Below are positions 55,276 to 63,531 of a DNA stretch of 64,000 bases, one piece after another; the stretch's first letter is position 1, and every line of letters begins with the position of its first letter. Under the pieces are notes generated by a model, which did no database searches, had not been told where the DNA came from, and was given only the letters and a program-made list of their open reading frames with translations. This stretch comes from Klebsiella phage EI, in the sequence record MN106245.1, one strand, 5' to 3'. A program made the position numbers and the translations under genes.

Positions 55276-55571
55276 TAGTACTTTTCTTCAGGCCGGAACA
55301 CTGCTCGGCAGGCCCACATAGAAGCTTCTTTAAGACGGTCTTTAGCGAGCACTATAGCACTTAATGCCTGAACATCAGAATTAAAATCTTCATCGCTTTG
55401 ACCTGGGACATGTTCACGCAGTTCGTCTTCGATGGCTGAGAAGATCAGTCCAAGACGGACTTCAGCATCTTTGATGGCATTAACACGGTTAATCTTTTCG
55501 GCGGTGTGCGGTTTGTAACCTTTGATATCTTCAACGGCCATAAGGAATTTCCTCATCTGTTTCTTTGTCAT
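55275..55571 (-). CDS. hypothetical protein, 98 aa
   Basis: ORF track. Confidence 0.4.
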   Translation of the reverse strand: MTKKQMRKFLMAVEDIKGYKPHTAEKINRVNAIKDAEVRLGLIFSAIEDELREHVPGQSDEDFNSDVQALSAIVLAKDRLKEASMWACRAVFRPEEKY

Positions 55572-55848
55572 ATTCGACTAGCTCGATTTCTGACGAGTAG
55601 CCACGAGTGCCAAGGTATGAAGTTGCTTCTTCATACTTCATGGTTTCTGGGTTCCAGTCGTCGGCCCAGGCTTCCATCAGCCCTTGCTCACCACTGTTAC
55701 TGAACCAATCACAAAAGGCTTTAATAGCCTTATCTGAACCTTTAATAATAACCTGGGCCATGTTAACCACCGGTTGTGTAGCGGATAGAAATGTCCAACT
55801 TGATAGGCTTTTTAAACAATTCGATAGCTCGAATAAGTTTACGATCAT
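55531..55848 (-). CDS. hypothetical acidic protein, 105 aa
   Basis: ORF track. Confidence 0.4.
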   Translation of the reverse strand: MIVNLFELSNCLKSLSSWTFLSATQPVVNMAQVIIKGSDKAIKAFCDWFSNSGEQGLMEAWADDWNPETMKYEEATSYLGTRGYSSEIELVEYDKETDEEIPYGR

Positions 55849-55999
55849 AACAAATCAGACTACGAGATACTAGACCACAAAGTGGCCCAGTAACAAATAT
55901 GATTTCAATATCTGGCTTAGAATTCAGCTCTTCAATAGTCGCTTCTGTCTGAATAACAGACCGTTCAAAAGGACCATCCATAAACATATAACGCGTCAT
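55763..55999 (-). CDS. hypothetical protein, 78 aa
   Basis: ORF track. Confidence 0.35.
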   Translation of the reverse strand: MTRYMFMDGPFERSVIQTEATIEELNSKPDIEIIFVTGPLCGLVSRSLICYDRKLIRAIELFKKPIKLDISIRYTTGG

Positions 56000-56514
56000 T
56001 ACTGAATCCCCAAAACGAAAAATAAAGGTAACTTAGGCTTATTTACAGAGTAGCAAACAGAAAGGTCGTCCCAAGCTTCGTAGAACTTATACATCTCTGG
56101 AATACGAATAGGTTCTTCAATTATAAAGAGTGTCCTCTTAAGCGAAATGCCTCGGAATTTATCTTTTCCACTGAGGAAACTGCGCACAGTATCATGCATC
56201 AGTACGCCATTTTCTTTATCAATATTTTCTAAAACTTTCCAGCGGCGTTTAATACGGTCGCAAGTATCTCGAGCGTATTCGCTTTTGTTTGCAATGACTA
56301 CAACAGAATTGCCTTCTGAAAGCCAGTCTGCAGCGAATTGAGAGACTGCTTCAGTTTTGCCGGTTTGACGGCCGCCATCAAGACGTAGTGTTCCATATTC
56401 TTGAAGCATAGCAATAGGGTATTGCCACGAATTTTCTGGGTTATCTAAACGACTGATTGCGTGGTCTGTGAAAGCATGCATCAGAGATAGATATTGAGCT
56501 GTTAAGTATTTCAT
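55999..56514 (-). CDS. P-loop-containing protein, 171 aa
   Basis: DGGRQTGKTEAV Walker-A-like. Confidence 0.4.
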   Translation of the reverse strand: MKYLTAQYLSLMHAFTDHAISRLDNPENSWQYPIAMLQEYGTLRLDGGRQTGKTEAVSQFAADWLSEGNSVVVIANKSEYARDTCDRIKRRWKVLENIDKENGVLMHDTVRSFLSGKDKFRGISLKRTLFIIEEPIRIPEMYKFYEAWDDLSVCYSVNKPKLPLFFVLGIQ

Positions 56515-56587
56515 GATAGTTCTCAGTTAGTAGGGCCGTTCCTTGGCACGTGGTAGTCCTTGGCAAAGGGAATTCTCTACACTAAAC

Positions 56588-56887
56588 TTATAGAGAACCG
56601 CGACCTTTAATTGTATTCATTCGACCTTTAGCTTGAAGTTCAGCATCATCTAATTCGAATGCACCCATAACACCCCAAGCCTTTTTAATTTTAGCCAAAG
56701 AGCCTTTAGATACAACGATATTAAAAGTGTTGCCTTTAGTAAAATCAACGAAATCTACTTCTACACCCTGTTTAGTGATGCTTGACACAATAGCATCGAC
56801 GTAGTCTTTGTCTAAATTTCCTTGAGCAGCAATTTGAAAAACCTTTGGGGCTTTTGCTTCAGTGATAAATTCTTTATAAGTTTTCAT
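56588..56887 (-). CDS. internal-protein-like capsid-targeted protein (IPI-like), 99 aa
   Basis: N-terminal capsid targeting sequence [11 protein letters not shown] shared with the two other IP genes (T4 IPs: MKTYQEFIAEA); start refined to ATG 56887. Confidence 0.55.
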   Translation of the reverse strand: MKTYKEFITEAKAPKVFQIAAQGNLDKDYVDAIVSSITKQGVEVDFVDFTKGNTFNIVVSKGSLAKIKKAWGVMGAFELDDAELQAKGRMNTIKGRGSL

Positions 56888-57078
56888 TTTATATCCTAGG
56901 ATGGTAAGATTTAAATTAAATGGGGCCATTCCTTGGCACATGTTTAATCCATCGACACACTATGTAAACCCCTTACCGCACTTGCGCTCGACCTTATTAC
57001 AGGTAGGGAAAGCTACTTCACTCAGAGGACTCGACGTTCATGAGGAGAGGTCGTGTTCAGCTTTATTAGGAATTAGTT

Positions 57079-57651
57079 TTAATTACGGGCTGCATTAGCA
57101 ACGGCGTAAGCGTACTGAATATTAGCGTCTTTAAACGTACCTTTAGTGGTATCTAGATCTGCCTTAAACCCGCCTTTAGCCATAACCTCGGCGAATTCTT
57201 TACGGAAAGCCATTGCATCAAGACCTTTCCATGCTGATTTGTGTTTGGCGAATTCAAGACCGGCAAAGTTGACGGCCTTAGCCAATTTATTGTCAATAAC
57301 CCATTTACCAGCTTTAGGCACAAACACCGGGCCTTTCTGTTTGGAGAACAATTTTAAATTCCAGCGGCGAAGGTCTGCATCGGCTTTAACAAAAGCTGAG
57401 TCCAAGTTACTAGCAACAACATCTTGAATATGGGCAAATTTAAGTCCGCCAGCTTCAATATTTAGATCGTTACGCCAGCGAAGTCCTTCCCAAGCGAAGC
57501 TTTTAAAGTCAGAAGCCTTTGTAGCTAAATATCGTTCAATAGGAGCTGTTTTAGGGTCAAAGCCGTTTCCTCGGTAGGTCCACTCATCTTTATTAATGCC
57601 ATTGACCTTTCCTGCAGAAGCTTCAGTGATAAATTCTTTATATGTTTTCAT
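57079..57651 (-). CDS. ipIII: internal protein III-like, 190 aa
   Basis: [15 protein letters not shown]; length ~T4 IPIII; start refined to 57651 (AAAGGA SD). Confidence 0.6.
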   Translation of the reverse strand: MKTYKEFITEASAGKVNGINKDEWTYRGNGFDPKTAPIERYLATKASDFKSFAWEGLRWRNDLNIEAGGLKFAHIQDVVASNLDSAFVKADADLRRWNLKLFSKQKGPVFVPKAGKWVIDNKLAKAVNFAGLEFAKHKSAWKGLDAMAFRKEFAEVMAKGGFKADLDTTKGTFKDANIQYAYAVANAARN

Positions 57652-57695
57652 TTTATATCCTTTAAGTTGATAGAAGCATTCTATCAAAGCTTATC

Positions 57696-58103
57696 TTAGT
57701 TGTAAATAGCCTTACCATAATGTTTATACCACTGAGGCCTTTGTGCAATTTTTTCATCCAAACGAGCCTGACTTAAAGCGATGTCAGCTTCAGATGGAGT
57801 AAAATCATTCATTAAACATAGCGGGATATCCGATACGTCAACATGGGTATTTTGAATCTGGAACCCGCGCTTTAAAAGTTCCTCAATAATAGCATTTTGC
57901 CGCAAGAACAAAAAGCCAATTTTATCGTAGAAGAACTTAACATGACCTGCGCCGAGGCGGAAGTCTTTAGGAATATCGCTGAAGCCTTGTCCTTTAGCCA
58001 AACGATCACGAACAGCACCGAAAATGCGTGGCAGTTCACGATACTCAGCCATCAGGTGTTGATCAGCGAGTTCAGAAACAAGAGTTAAGTTAATACGTGT
58101 CAT
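57696..58103 (-). CDS. denV: endonuclease V (pyrimidine-dimer DNA glycosylase/AP lyase) DenV, 135 aa
   Basis: [31 protein letters not shown].. and ..[21 protein letters not shown] near-identical to recalled T4 DenV. Confidence 0.85.
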   Translation of the reverse strand: MTRINLTLVSELADQHLMAEYRELPRIFGAVRDRLAKGQGFSDIPKDFRLGAGHVKFFYDKIGFLFLRQNAIIEELLKRGFQIQNTHVDVSDIPLCLMNDFTPSEADIALSQARLDEKIAQRPQWYKHYGKAIYN

Positions 58104-58104
58104 A

Positions 58105-58133
58105 GTAGCCTCCATTAAGTTTGTAAGGCTACT
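58105..58133 (-). promoter_or_regulatory. hairpin AGTAGCCT(13-nt loop)AGGCTACT overlapping denV Shine-Dalgarno
   Basis: 8-bp perfect IR; SD GGAGG partly in 3' arm (mRNA sense). Confidence 0.35.
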
Positions 58134-58161
58134 ATATCACAGCTATCGTAAAAGTAAATTG

Positions 58162-58464
58162 TTATTTACCTTTAATTGCTTTAGCTGCTTCGATAGCCGC
58201 TTGCTGAAGGTCATCCATAGACATACCGAACTTAGAAGCAAAGTTATCAATTTTCTTTTCGACAGAATTCAAAGGCTTGGCCTGTTTACCTTCATTAGCG
58301 CCAGGGAGAGCGAGAATACGCTCTTTGTCAATATAAAGGCTTACAAGTTTCTTACGGTCTTTATCGGGCAAATCATTAAATGAATGGGCCTTTTTATTTA
58401 CGGCGGCTTCTAATTTACCCGCACTTACTCGCGCTTCGGCGATAAATTCTTTATAGGTTTTCAT
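58162..58464 (-). CDS. ipII: internal protein II-like, 100 aa
   Basis: [29 protein letters not shown].. CTS; same length as T4 IPII. Confidence 0.6.
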   Translation of the reverse strand: MKTYKEFIAEARVSAGKLEAAVNKKAHSFNDLPDKDRKKLVSLYIDKERILALPGANEGKQAKPLNSVEKKIDNFASKFGMSMDDLQQAAIEAAKAIKGK

Positions 58465-58945
58465 ATGCTTTCCAAGTTCCTGTTTTAAATGTCGAAATAA
58501 CCCGTTTAGCTCTGTTAGGAGTCTGATTATACCACCTAGATTTGGCTAAATTAATTGCTGCATCGTCCCAACGTTTCTCTTTAAGCATACGCAAAGAATT
58601 GGTGAACCCTGCGACGCCAGTAACGCCCATTTGGAAGACCATATTAATTAATGCCGCTTTACGTACAGCATCAAGAGATTCATATACAGGCTTCAGAACT
58701 GGGTTGCCTAAGATACCACGGGTGGCTTTGTCTACTGAATTCAAGAACAATTTCTCTGCTTCAGCACGAGTGATAACGCCATTACACTTACGGCCAATTA
58801 GTTTATCAAGCTCAGCTTTAGCAACATTAATATCAGGGCTCTTGGTTAAGAGCTGGCCAATACCGATTGTGTAATAACCTTCAGTGTCTTTATAAATTTT
58901 GTTGTCGTATCCTTCATCGATACGAAGCATGTCAAAAATGTCCAT
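58451..58945 (-). CDS. e: lysozyme (endolysin) e, 164 aa
   Basis: [30 protein letters not shown] (catalytic E11, D20, T26) ~75% identical to recalled T4 lysozyme. Confidence 0.9.
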   Translation of the reverse strand: MDIFDMLRIDEGYDNKIYKDTEGYYTIGIGQLLTKSPDINVAKAELDKLIGRKCNGVITRAEAEKLFLNSVDKATRGILGNPVLKPVYESLDAVRKAALINMVFQMGVTGVAGFTNSLRMLKEKRWDDAAINLAKSRWYNQTPNRAKRVISTFKTGTWKAYENL

Positions 58946-58951
58946 ATGGAC

Positions 58952-58979
58952 CTCCTATCTATTGATAGGAGTATTTATC
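58952..58979 (-). promoter_or_regulatory. gene e translational-control hairpin (CTCCTATC-aata-GATAGGAG sequestering SD) with adjacent late-promoter-like GATAAATA
   Basis: Perfect 8-bp palindrome 58952-58971; SD AGGAGG in 3' arm; TATTTATC (minus GATAAATA) at 58972-58979. Confidence 0.5.
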
Positions 58980-59424
58980 ATGCTACATTAGGATACAACT
59001 TCTGCATAATACGGTAAAGAGACAGCCCCATTACATGTTTCCACATCTCAGGTTTAATGCATGCGAATGCATCCATTTCAGGAATAGAAGACCCATCTTC
59101 AAACGTGTGATAAGCGGTGCATTTGCAATTCCTGAAGCTCTCGATGTCCACGAAGCGCATATAACTAAACAGATGAATATTCTTATTCCGAGCGTACTCG
59201 TGCTCGCCTAGGTCATACAGGGCTTCAGGATTAAAGTCTGTGAATCCAGTTTCTTCTTGGCATTCACGGATTGCTGCTTCTTTAGGAGATTCGCCCGGTT
59301 CTACGTGACCTTTAGGAATGTCCCATCGAGAACTTCCGTCTTTACGCTTAATGCCGGTCATACGAGCCATGAACAGACGATGGTCTTTAGTAAAGAACAT
59401 AATCCCGGCGCTTAATTCTTTCAT
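58978..59424 (-). CDS. nudE: Nudix hydrolase NudE, 148 aa
   Basis: Nudix box GHVEPGESPKEAAIRECQEETG. Confidence 0.8.
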   Translation of the reverse strand: MKELSAGIMFFTKDHRLFMARMTGIKRKDGSSRWDIPKGHVEPGESPKEAAIRECQEETGFTDFNPEALYDLGEHEYARNKNIHLFSYMRFVDIESFRNCKCTAYHTFEDGSSIPEMDAFACIKPEMWKHVMGLSLYRIMQKLYPNVA

Positions 59425-59723
59425 TCAAAATAATCCTTCACGTTAAATTCGCCATCATAAAGGCCGTAGTGAATAGCCTTCAGCACATCATACATATCAT
59501 AGTACTTTTCACGTTTCAGAGTACCATAATACTTTTCTTTAATGGTATCCCATTCACCGAGTTTACCACTTGCTAATTGGCCAGGTTGAATGCCGAGTTC
59601 AATGAACTTCAGAATTTTAATCCCGACTTCCTGGTGAGAAGGAGGAACCCATCCCCAGTTAAAGTAGATTCGACCTGTTTCCTGGCCATCTTTAAATGAA
59701 ATCAAATAAGTTGGAGCACTCAT
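59421..59723 (-). CDS. hypothetical protein, 100 aa
   Basis: ORF track. Confidence 0.4.
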   Translation of the reverse strand: MSAPTYLISFKDGQETGRIYFNWGWVPPSHQEVGIKILKFIELGIQPGQLASGKLGEWDTIKEKYYGTLKREKYYDMYDVLKAIHYGLYDGEFNVKDYFE

Positions 59724-60019
59724 TTTCTACACCCTTTGACCCAGTTCATAAAGTTACGTTCTTCAATATATTTCTTGTATTTTTTCGAGTACAACTTATC
59801 AAGAACAACCGTGAAAATGTATGCAAGAATAGCAGCGGCTAACGGGAACCCTAAGATACTTACCGCTGTAACAAATACCCATACAAGAGGAATCGGACTA
59901 AACAGGCCGTATATGCCTAAGGCTCCTAAGTTAATAAAAATAAGAGCAAAGCCAATCTTAAATCCTGCCTCGTCATCATCAATCCAAGTACGTGGACGGC
60001 GACTACTCATAGTATTCAT
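59720..60019 (-). CDS. membrane protein, 99 aa
   Basis: Two TM helices; ..WVKGCRK-like paralogous tail with next ORF (NFMNWVKGCRK / FANWIKGCRK). Confidence 0.4.
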   Translation of the reverse strand: MNTMSSRRPRTWIDDDEAGFKIGFALIFINLGALGIYGLFSPIPLVWVFVTAVSILGFPLAAAILAYIFTVVLDKLYSKKYKKYIEERNFMNWVKGCRK

Positions 60020-60432
60020 TTTCTACATCCTTTAATCCAGTTAGCAAACTCGGCTTCTTTAGCTTGTTCAAGCTTAAGTTTGTCGTGCTTGGTTTTTCTG
60101 AACCCAGCGATGGTTCCAGCAATACCACATCCTATAGCGCCACCAATCAACAACCCACTAAGAGTACCCATAACACTCACTAAAACAGAAAGCAAAACCA
60201 GTTCCAGTGCTGTAAAAACAGTCCAATTACAATAGAGAAATAAAGATACACTTAAAAACGGTCCGATAAAACTACCTACTTTAGAGCAATTATCTACAAA
60301 GGTATGAGGATATTCTACGCTGTATTCTTTATATTCGGCCATTTCTTTCAAGACTCCAGTCATTCTCGGGTCAATATGACGGACGCCAATAGCGTCCTTA
60401 TCATACTCGTTACGATAGATTGTCATTACCAA
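60016..60432 (-). CDS. membrane protein, 138 aa (paralogue of previous: shared C-terminal ..NWIKGCRK)
   Basis: TM helices; conserved C-terminal motif. Confidence 0.4.
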   Translation of the reverse strand: MVMTIYRNEYDKDAIGVRHIDPRMTGVLKEMAEYKEYSVEYPHTFVDNCSKVGSFIGPFLSVSLFLYCNWTVFTALELVLLSVLVSVMGTLSGLLIGGAIGCGIAGTIAGFRKTKHDKLKLEQAKEAEFANWIKGCRK

Positions 60433-61115
60433 CCTTCCATAGGGAACTCAAGATAAACCTGAGCATTCACTCGGATTTCGTTCGTAATTTTCTTAACGCG
60501 GTCAGTATTGCGGGAGACTCGTCCGAACCAGCGCCAGCCGTTAAGAACCGCTTTAGAACCAGTGTGCCAGGTATCATGGTTGAATTGAAGAAGTGTACGG
60601 TCCGGAGCTTCCCATTGCTTAAGTGTACCTTCTTCGATGTGACGTAAGACTTCTGGATGCAAGTGTTTGTAGACCGTAGCACCTTCAGGAACTTCAGAAA
60701 ACTCAGCCACACCAGTAGCAAAATGAGTGGGACAAATATAGGCATTAGCAAGACCAATAATATGCTCGGCACGATAGCGAGGGTTGTCATAATCAGGTTG
60801 ACCCGCAGTTAAGAAATGTTGACCGGCCGGAATATCAGGACGCGGTACGTCATCGTGGTGATAACCTGGAATAGCAGGATACCAGCCAGGCATCAGCATG
60901 TGGATACGAGTGTCAATTACTAAATCAGGTCCGCACTGCCAATCTTCTGGAAGGTTTTCAATAAAGCTACGAGTGATAGGACCGCCATGTTTCCAGGCAA
61001 AATACACATCACAGTTAAAGAACATTGTTTCATTTTTGATCACTTCGTTGGAAATACCCATAGCGAAACGACCTACATCTTTGGCTTGGCTGTTAAAAGT
61101 TTTTGGACCGTTCAT
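60426..61115 (-). CDS. hypothetical protein, ~229 aa (start refined to MNGPKTF..)
   Basis: Track ORF start 61199 lies inside promoter cassette P14; ATG 61115. Confidence 0.45.
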   Translation of the reverse strand: MNGPKTFNSQAKDVGRFAMGISNEVIKNETMFFNCDVYFAWKHGGPITRSFIENLPEDWQCGPDLVIDTRIHMLMPGWYPAIPGYHHDDVPRPDIPAGQHFLTAGQPDYDNPRYRAEHIIGLANAYICPTHFATGVAEFSEVPEGATVYKHLHPEVLRHIEEGTLKQWEAPDRTLLQFNHDTWHTGSKAVLNGWRWFGRVSRNTDRVKKITNEIRVNAQVYLEFPMEGW

Positions 61116-61136
61116 AATATTTTTCTCTCTAGTGTG

Positions 61137-61177
61137 GGTGTAGGAGTATAGTAACACGTTCCTACAGCTGTGTAAAC
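61137..61177 (-). promoter_or_regulatory. early promoter/stem-loop cassette P14 (IR GTAGGAGTATA/CGTTCCTACAG)
   Basis: GTTTAC revcomp 61172-61177. Confidence 0.55.
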
Positions 61178-61179
61178 AC

Positions 61180-61584
61180 TTATCGCAAATCTTTTGCAAA
61201 GCCTAACGCAAGTTCACGTTCGCGGAGAGCTAATTCACGCTCTTTGAGTTCCAGTTCTTTCTTGCGGACCTTATATTCTTCTTTGTCAAGCCGTTTACCT
61301 TTGGCATCCATCTTATTAGTTGCTTCTAGCTTCAGATGATAACACCAACGCAGTATCCAGTAAACTACCGTACATGCTACTACGCAAAGACTAATAAACC
61401 AGACTTGTGGTAGCAATAAAGTTGAAACAAAAATTAAAAGCCCGTTAAACGTTAAAACACCAAATCCTACTGAAGTAATCGCCATAACTAAAAGATATAA
61501 AAAGAACTTCTCCTGTTTATAAAGATTCCCGCTATTGGTCCAGTACAAATATAATGCTTTAGTAATCATCTTGGGTTCTGCCAT
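61180..61584 (-). CDS. membrane protein with C-terminal coiled coil, 134 aa
   Basis: TM helices then KELELKERELALRERELAL. Confidence 0.4.
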   Translation of the reverse strand: MAEPKMITKALYLYWTNSGNLYKQEKFFLYLLVMAITSVGFGVLTFNGLLIFVSTLLLPQVWFISLCVVACTVVYWILRWCYHLKLEATNKMDAKGKRLDKEEYKVRKKELELKERELALRERELALGFAKDLR

Positions 61585-61656
61585 GTAATTTTATCGGCTT
61601 GACAATAGCGAACATGCTCTACAAAGTAATTGTTGCTATTGTACCTGATTCTAATG

Positions 61657-61689
61657 ACCTGCCCACACTTGGGGCAGGTTTTTTCTGTA
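61657..61689 (+). terminator. plus-strand-oriented rho-independent terminator (CCTGCCC-acactt-GGGGCAGG + TTTTTTCTG); A-tract upstream makes it potentially bidirectional
   Basis: 8-bp GC stem with U-tract on plus strand, A6 on other side. Confidence 0.45.
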
Positions 61690-61702
61690 AACGGCTTAGG
61701 CA

Positions 61703-62665
61703 TCATTTCTGAAACGGCAGAATCAAATGCTCATTTTTGTGAAAGCGATCAATATAATCGTTCACACCCAGAGTTTTGTACATATGAACTACCTTATGGT
61801 AGTTCTCCCAAGCGTATTCACGGAACCAGCCTGAAGTAATCGACGTACACACTTTCTCAAGAGCCATCATGAAGGAATGCTCAGAACTTACATTCTGGAA
61901 GTTATTAGGGACCTGAGAACGCTCCAAGGCCAAGACACAGGTTTCTTCGTAAACGCCGGCCAGTTTAATAGCCTCTGGTAGCGACTCGAACTTCTCGCGA
62001 GAAGTCATGACTTCAGAGCCATCTTTCATGTAGAAAGTATAAGCGGGACGGTCTGCCAGAGCTACAGCCCGGTGGATGCTGTCATGGTCAAGCGTATAAA
62101 TGGTATCATTAAAGAACGTACTTTTGTTCACATCCAGCTTAGGATGGTTGTAGTTCAGAGTTTCTTTCTGACGAAGGAGCATAATCTCTTCCATAGCCAA
62201 AGAGAGTTTAACCCCTTTGTTACGCAAGAAGCGAATATGATGCATTGTTTTACGGAAGAATGGGTTATTCTTTTTGAAACGATGGCTCATTTTGATAGCC
62301 AAGCACATTTCTGGAGTAGCCCAGTAAAATCCAGAAATATTGTCCTTAGTGAGGAACTCTTCAGAATAACGTAAGAGTTCAAAGCTCGAAGTGAAATCCT
62401 CTGGTAGCATCTTATTAACTTCCTGGCGGATTCGAGTAATAGAAGGAACGATATATGCTTCAAAGTGAGTTTCACGGCCATTATGCATGCATTTGAATGC
62501 ACGTACATCAGGATTATTGACTGCTACTTCAATACCTAACATTTGGGCCTTAAAGGCATTCCAAGAACCTTGATCTGCGATGAAGTCCCAATCGCTGTTT
62601 TTGATGTCATCGTAACCGATAAGACCGTGGTGTTCAAGAGCGCGAGAACCGATAACTAGCATCAT
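61703..62665 (-). CDS. hypothetical protein, 320 aa
   Basis: ORF track; promoter P15 upstream. Confidence 0.5.
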   Translation of the reverse strand: MMLVIGSRALEHHGLIGYDDIKNSDWDFIADQGSWNAFKAQMLGIEVAVNNPDVRAFKCMHNGRETHFEAYIVPSITRIRQEVNKMLPEDFTSSFELLRYSEEFLTKDNISGFYWATPEMCLAIKMSHRFKKNNPFFRKTMHHIRFLRNKGVKLSLAMEEIMLLRQKETLNYNHPKLDVNKSTFFNDTIYTLDHDSIHRAVALADRPAYTFYMKDGSEVMTSREKFESLPEAIKLAGVYEETCVLALERSQVPNNFQNVSSEHSFMMALEKVCTSITSGWFREYAWENYHKVVHMYKTLGVNDYIDRFHKNEHLILPFQK

Positions 62666-63042
62666 AATATTTTCCTCAGTTGGTTTGTAGGAGCATTATA
62701 CTGATTTTTAAGGCGGTTGTAAACTCTTTTACGGCATAAAGCTAAAAACATTTCATGCTCTGAAGGAGGCTCTTTCCAACGCTGTTCTTCAAAGTCGTAG
62801 ATTAGAACGGGAAGAGATGTACCACGCAGAACAGGATACTGGTCATGCATATCGTATAGTAGTTTACGACCTATAGACATATGTTCTAAGGCTCTTGAAA
62901 TCTCTCCAGCCCAATTGAACAGATTCAGACATAGGTTGTGGTGCTTATCTCTTTCCCACCAATGGATATACCCGTTCTTATGGAACGGGGTTTGAGTTTC
63001 GATACAGTAATCAACAGTCAAGTGAGCTACTCTGCCAGCCAA
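62662..63042 (-). CDS. hypothetical protein, 126 aa (possibly continuous with 63011..63208 via frameshift)
   Basis: ORF track; 32-nt out-of-frame overlap with upstream 65-aa ORF. Confidence 0.35.
   Translation of the reverse strand: MAGRVAHLTVDYCIETQTPFHKNGYIHWWERDKHHNLCLNLFNWAGEISRALEHMSIGRKLLYDMHDQYPVLRGTSLPVLIYDFEEQRWKEPPSEHEMFLALCRKRVYNRLKNQYNAPTNQLRKIL
62684..62723 (-). promoter_or_regulatory. early promoter cassette P15 (within 3' end of upstream ORF)
   Basis: GTTTAC revcomp 62718-62723; GTAGGAGCATTATACT. Confidence 0.45.
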
Positions 63043-63208
63043 GGATTGAAATATTATTGTAGCCTACTTGAACAGCGCTATGAATATTCAGGCCACTTCG
63101 GTCGTCGAAGTAAATATCGACATTTTCATTTTCTTCTGCACAAAGCTGGAACAGATTTTCCAGAGCAGCTTTGGCAATGCGTACAGCACAATCTAATTCA
63201 CGAGACAT
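63011..63208 (-). CDS. hypothetical protein, 65 aa
   Basis: ORF track. Confidence 0.3.
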   Translation of the reverse strand: MSRELDCAVRIAKAALENLFQLCAEENENVDIYFDDRSGLNIHSAVQVGYNNISILGWQSSSLDC

Positions 63209-63482
63209 GTTTACCTCTGCAATATTTGATGAAGCGGTTAATTTCAGCTTCAGTGATTTGTTGGTTTTCTACTATGATCCATTCACCGTCAATGAATTTA
63301 GCATCAGGATAAGTGAATCCATCTAATTCTTGGATAAGCTTTTCATAAAGATATGCGGCCGCTTTTACCTTTTCACGAACAGTGTACTGGGTGTACAGCA
63401 TATGCAAATACGCTACAGAACAAGTGCTTTCGAAGCCATGTTCATTTTGGTAATGCAAATAGCAATTTTTAACGAAAATCAT
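63198..63482 (-). CDS. hypothetical protein, 94 aa (start refined; AGGAGGA SD)
   Basis: ATG 63482; track start 63503 inside promoter. Confidence 0.45.
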   Translation of the reverse strand: MIFVKNCYLHYQNEHGFESTCSVAYLHMLYTQYTVREKVKAAAYLYEKLIQELDGFTYPDAKFIDGEWIIVENQQITEAEINRFIKYCRGKHVS

Positions 63483-63491
63483 TGTTCCTCC

Positions 63492-63531
63492 TGTAAGGGT
63501 CACTATAACATGACCCTTAGTGAATGTAAAC
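63492..63531 (-). promoter_or_regulatory. early promoter/stem-loop cassette P16 (perfect IR TAAGGGTCA/TGACCCTTA around TATAGT)
   Basis: GTTTAC revcomp 63526-63531. Confidence 0.55.

Noticed and set aside
60467-60790. 107-aa minus ORF overlapping the 229-aa gene in another frame
   Set aside because: Fully nested within a longer, better-supported ORF; hydrophobic low-complexity translation typical of alternative-frame artefact
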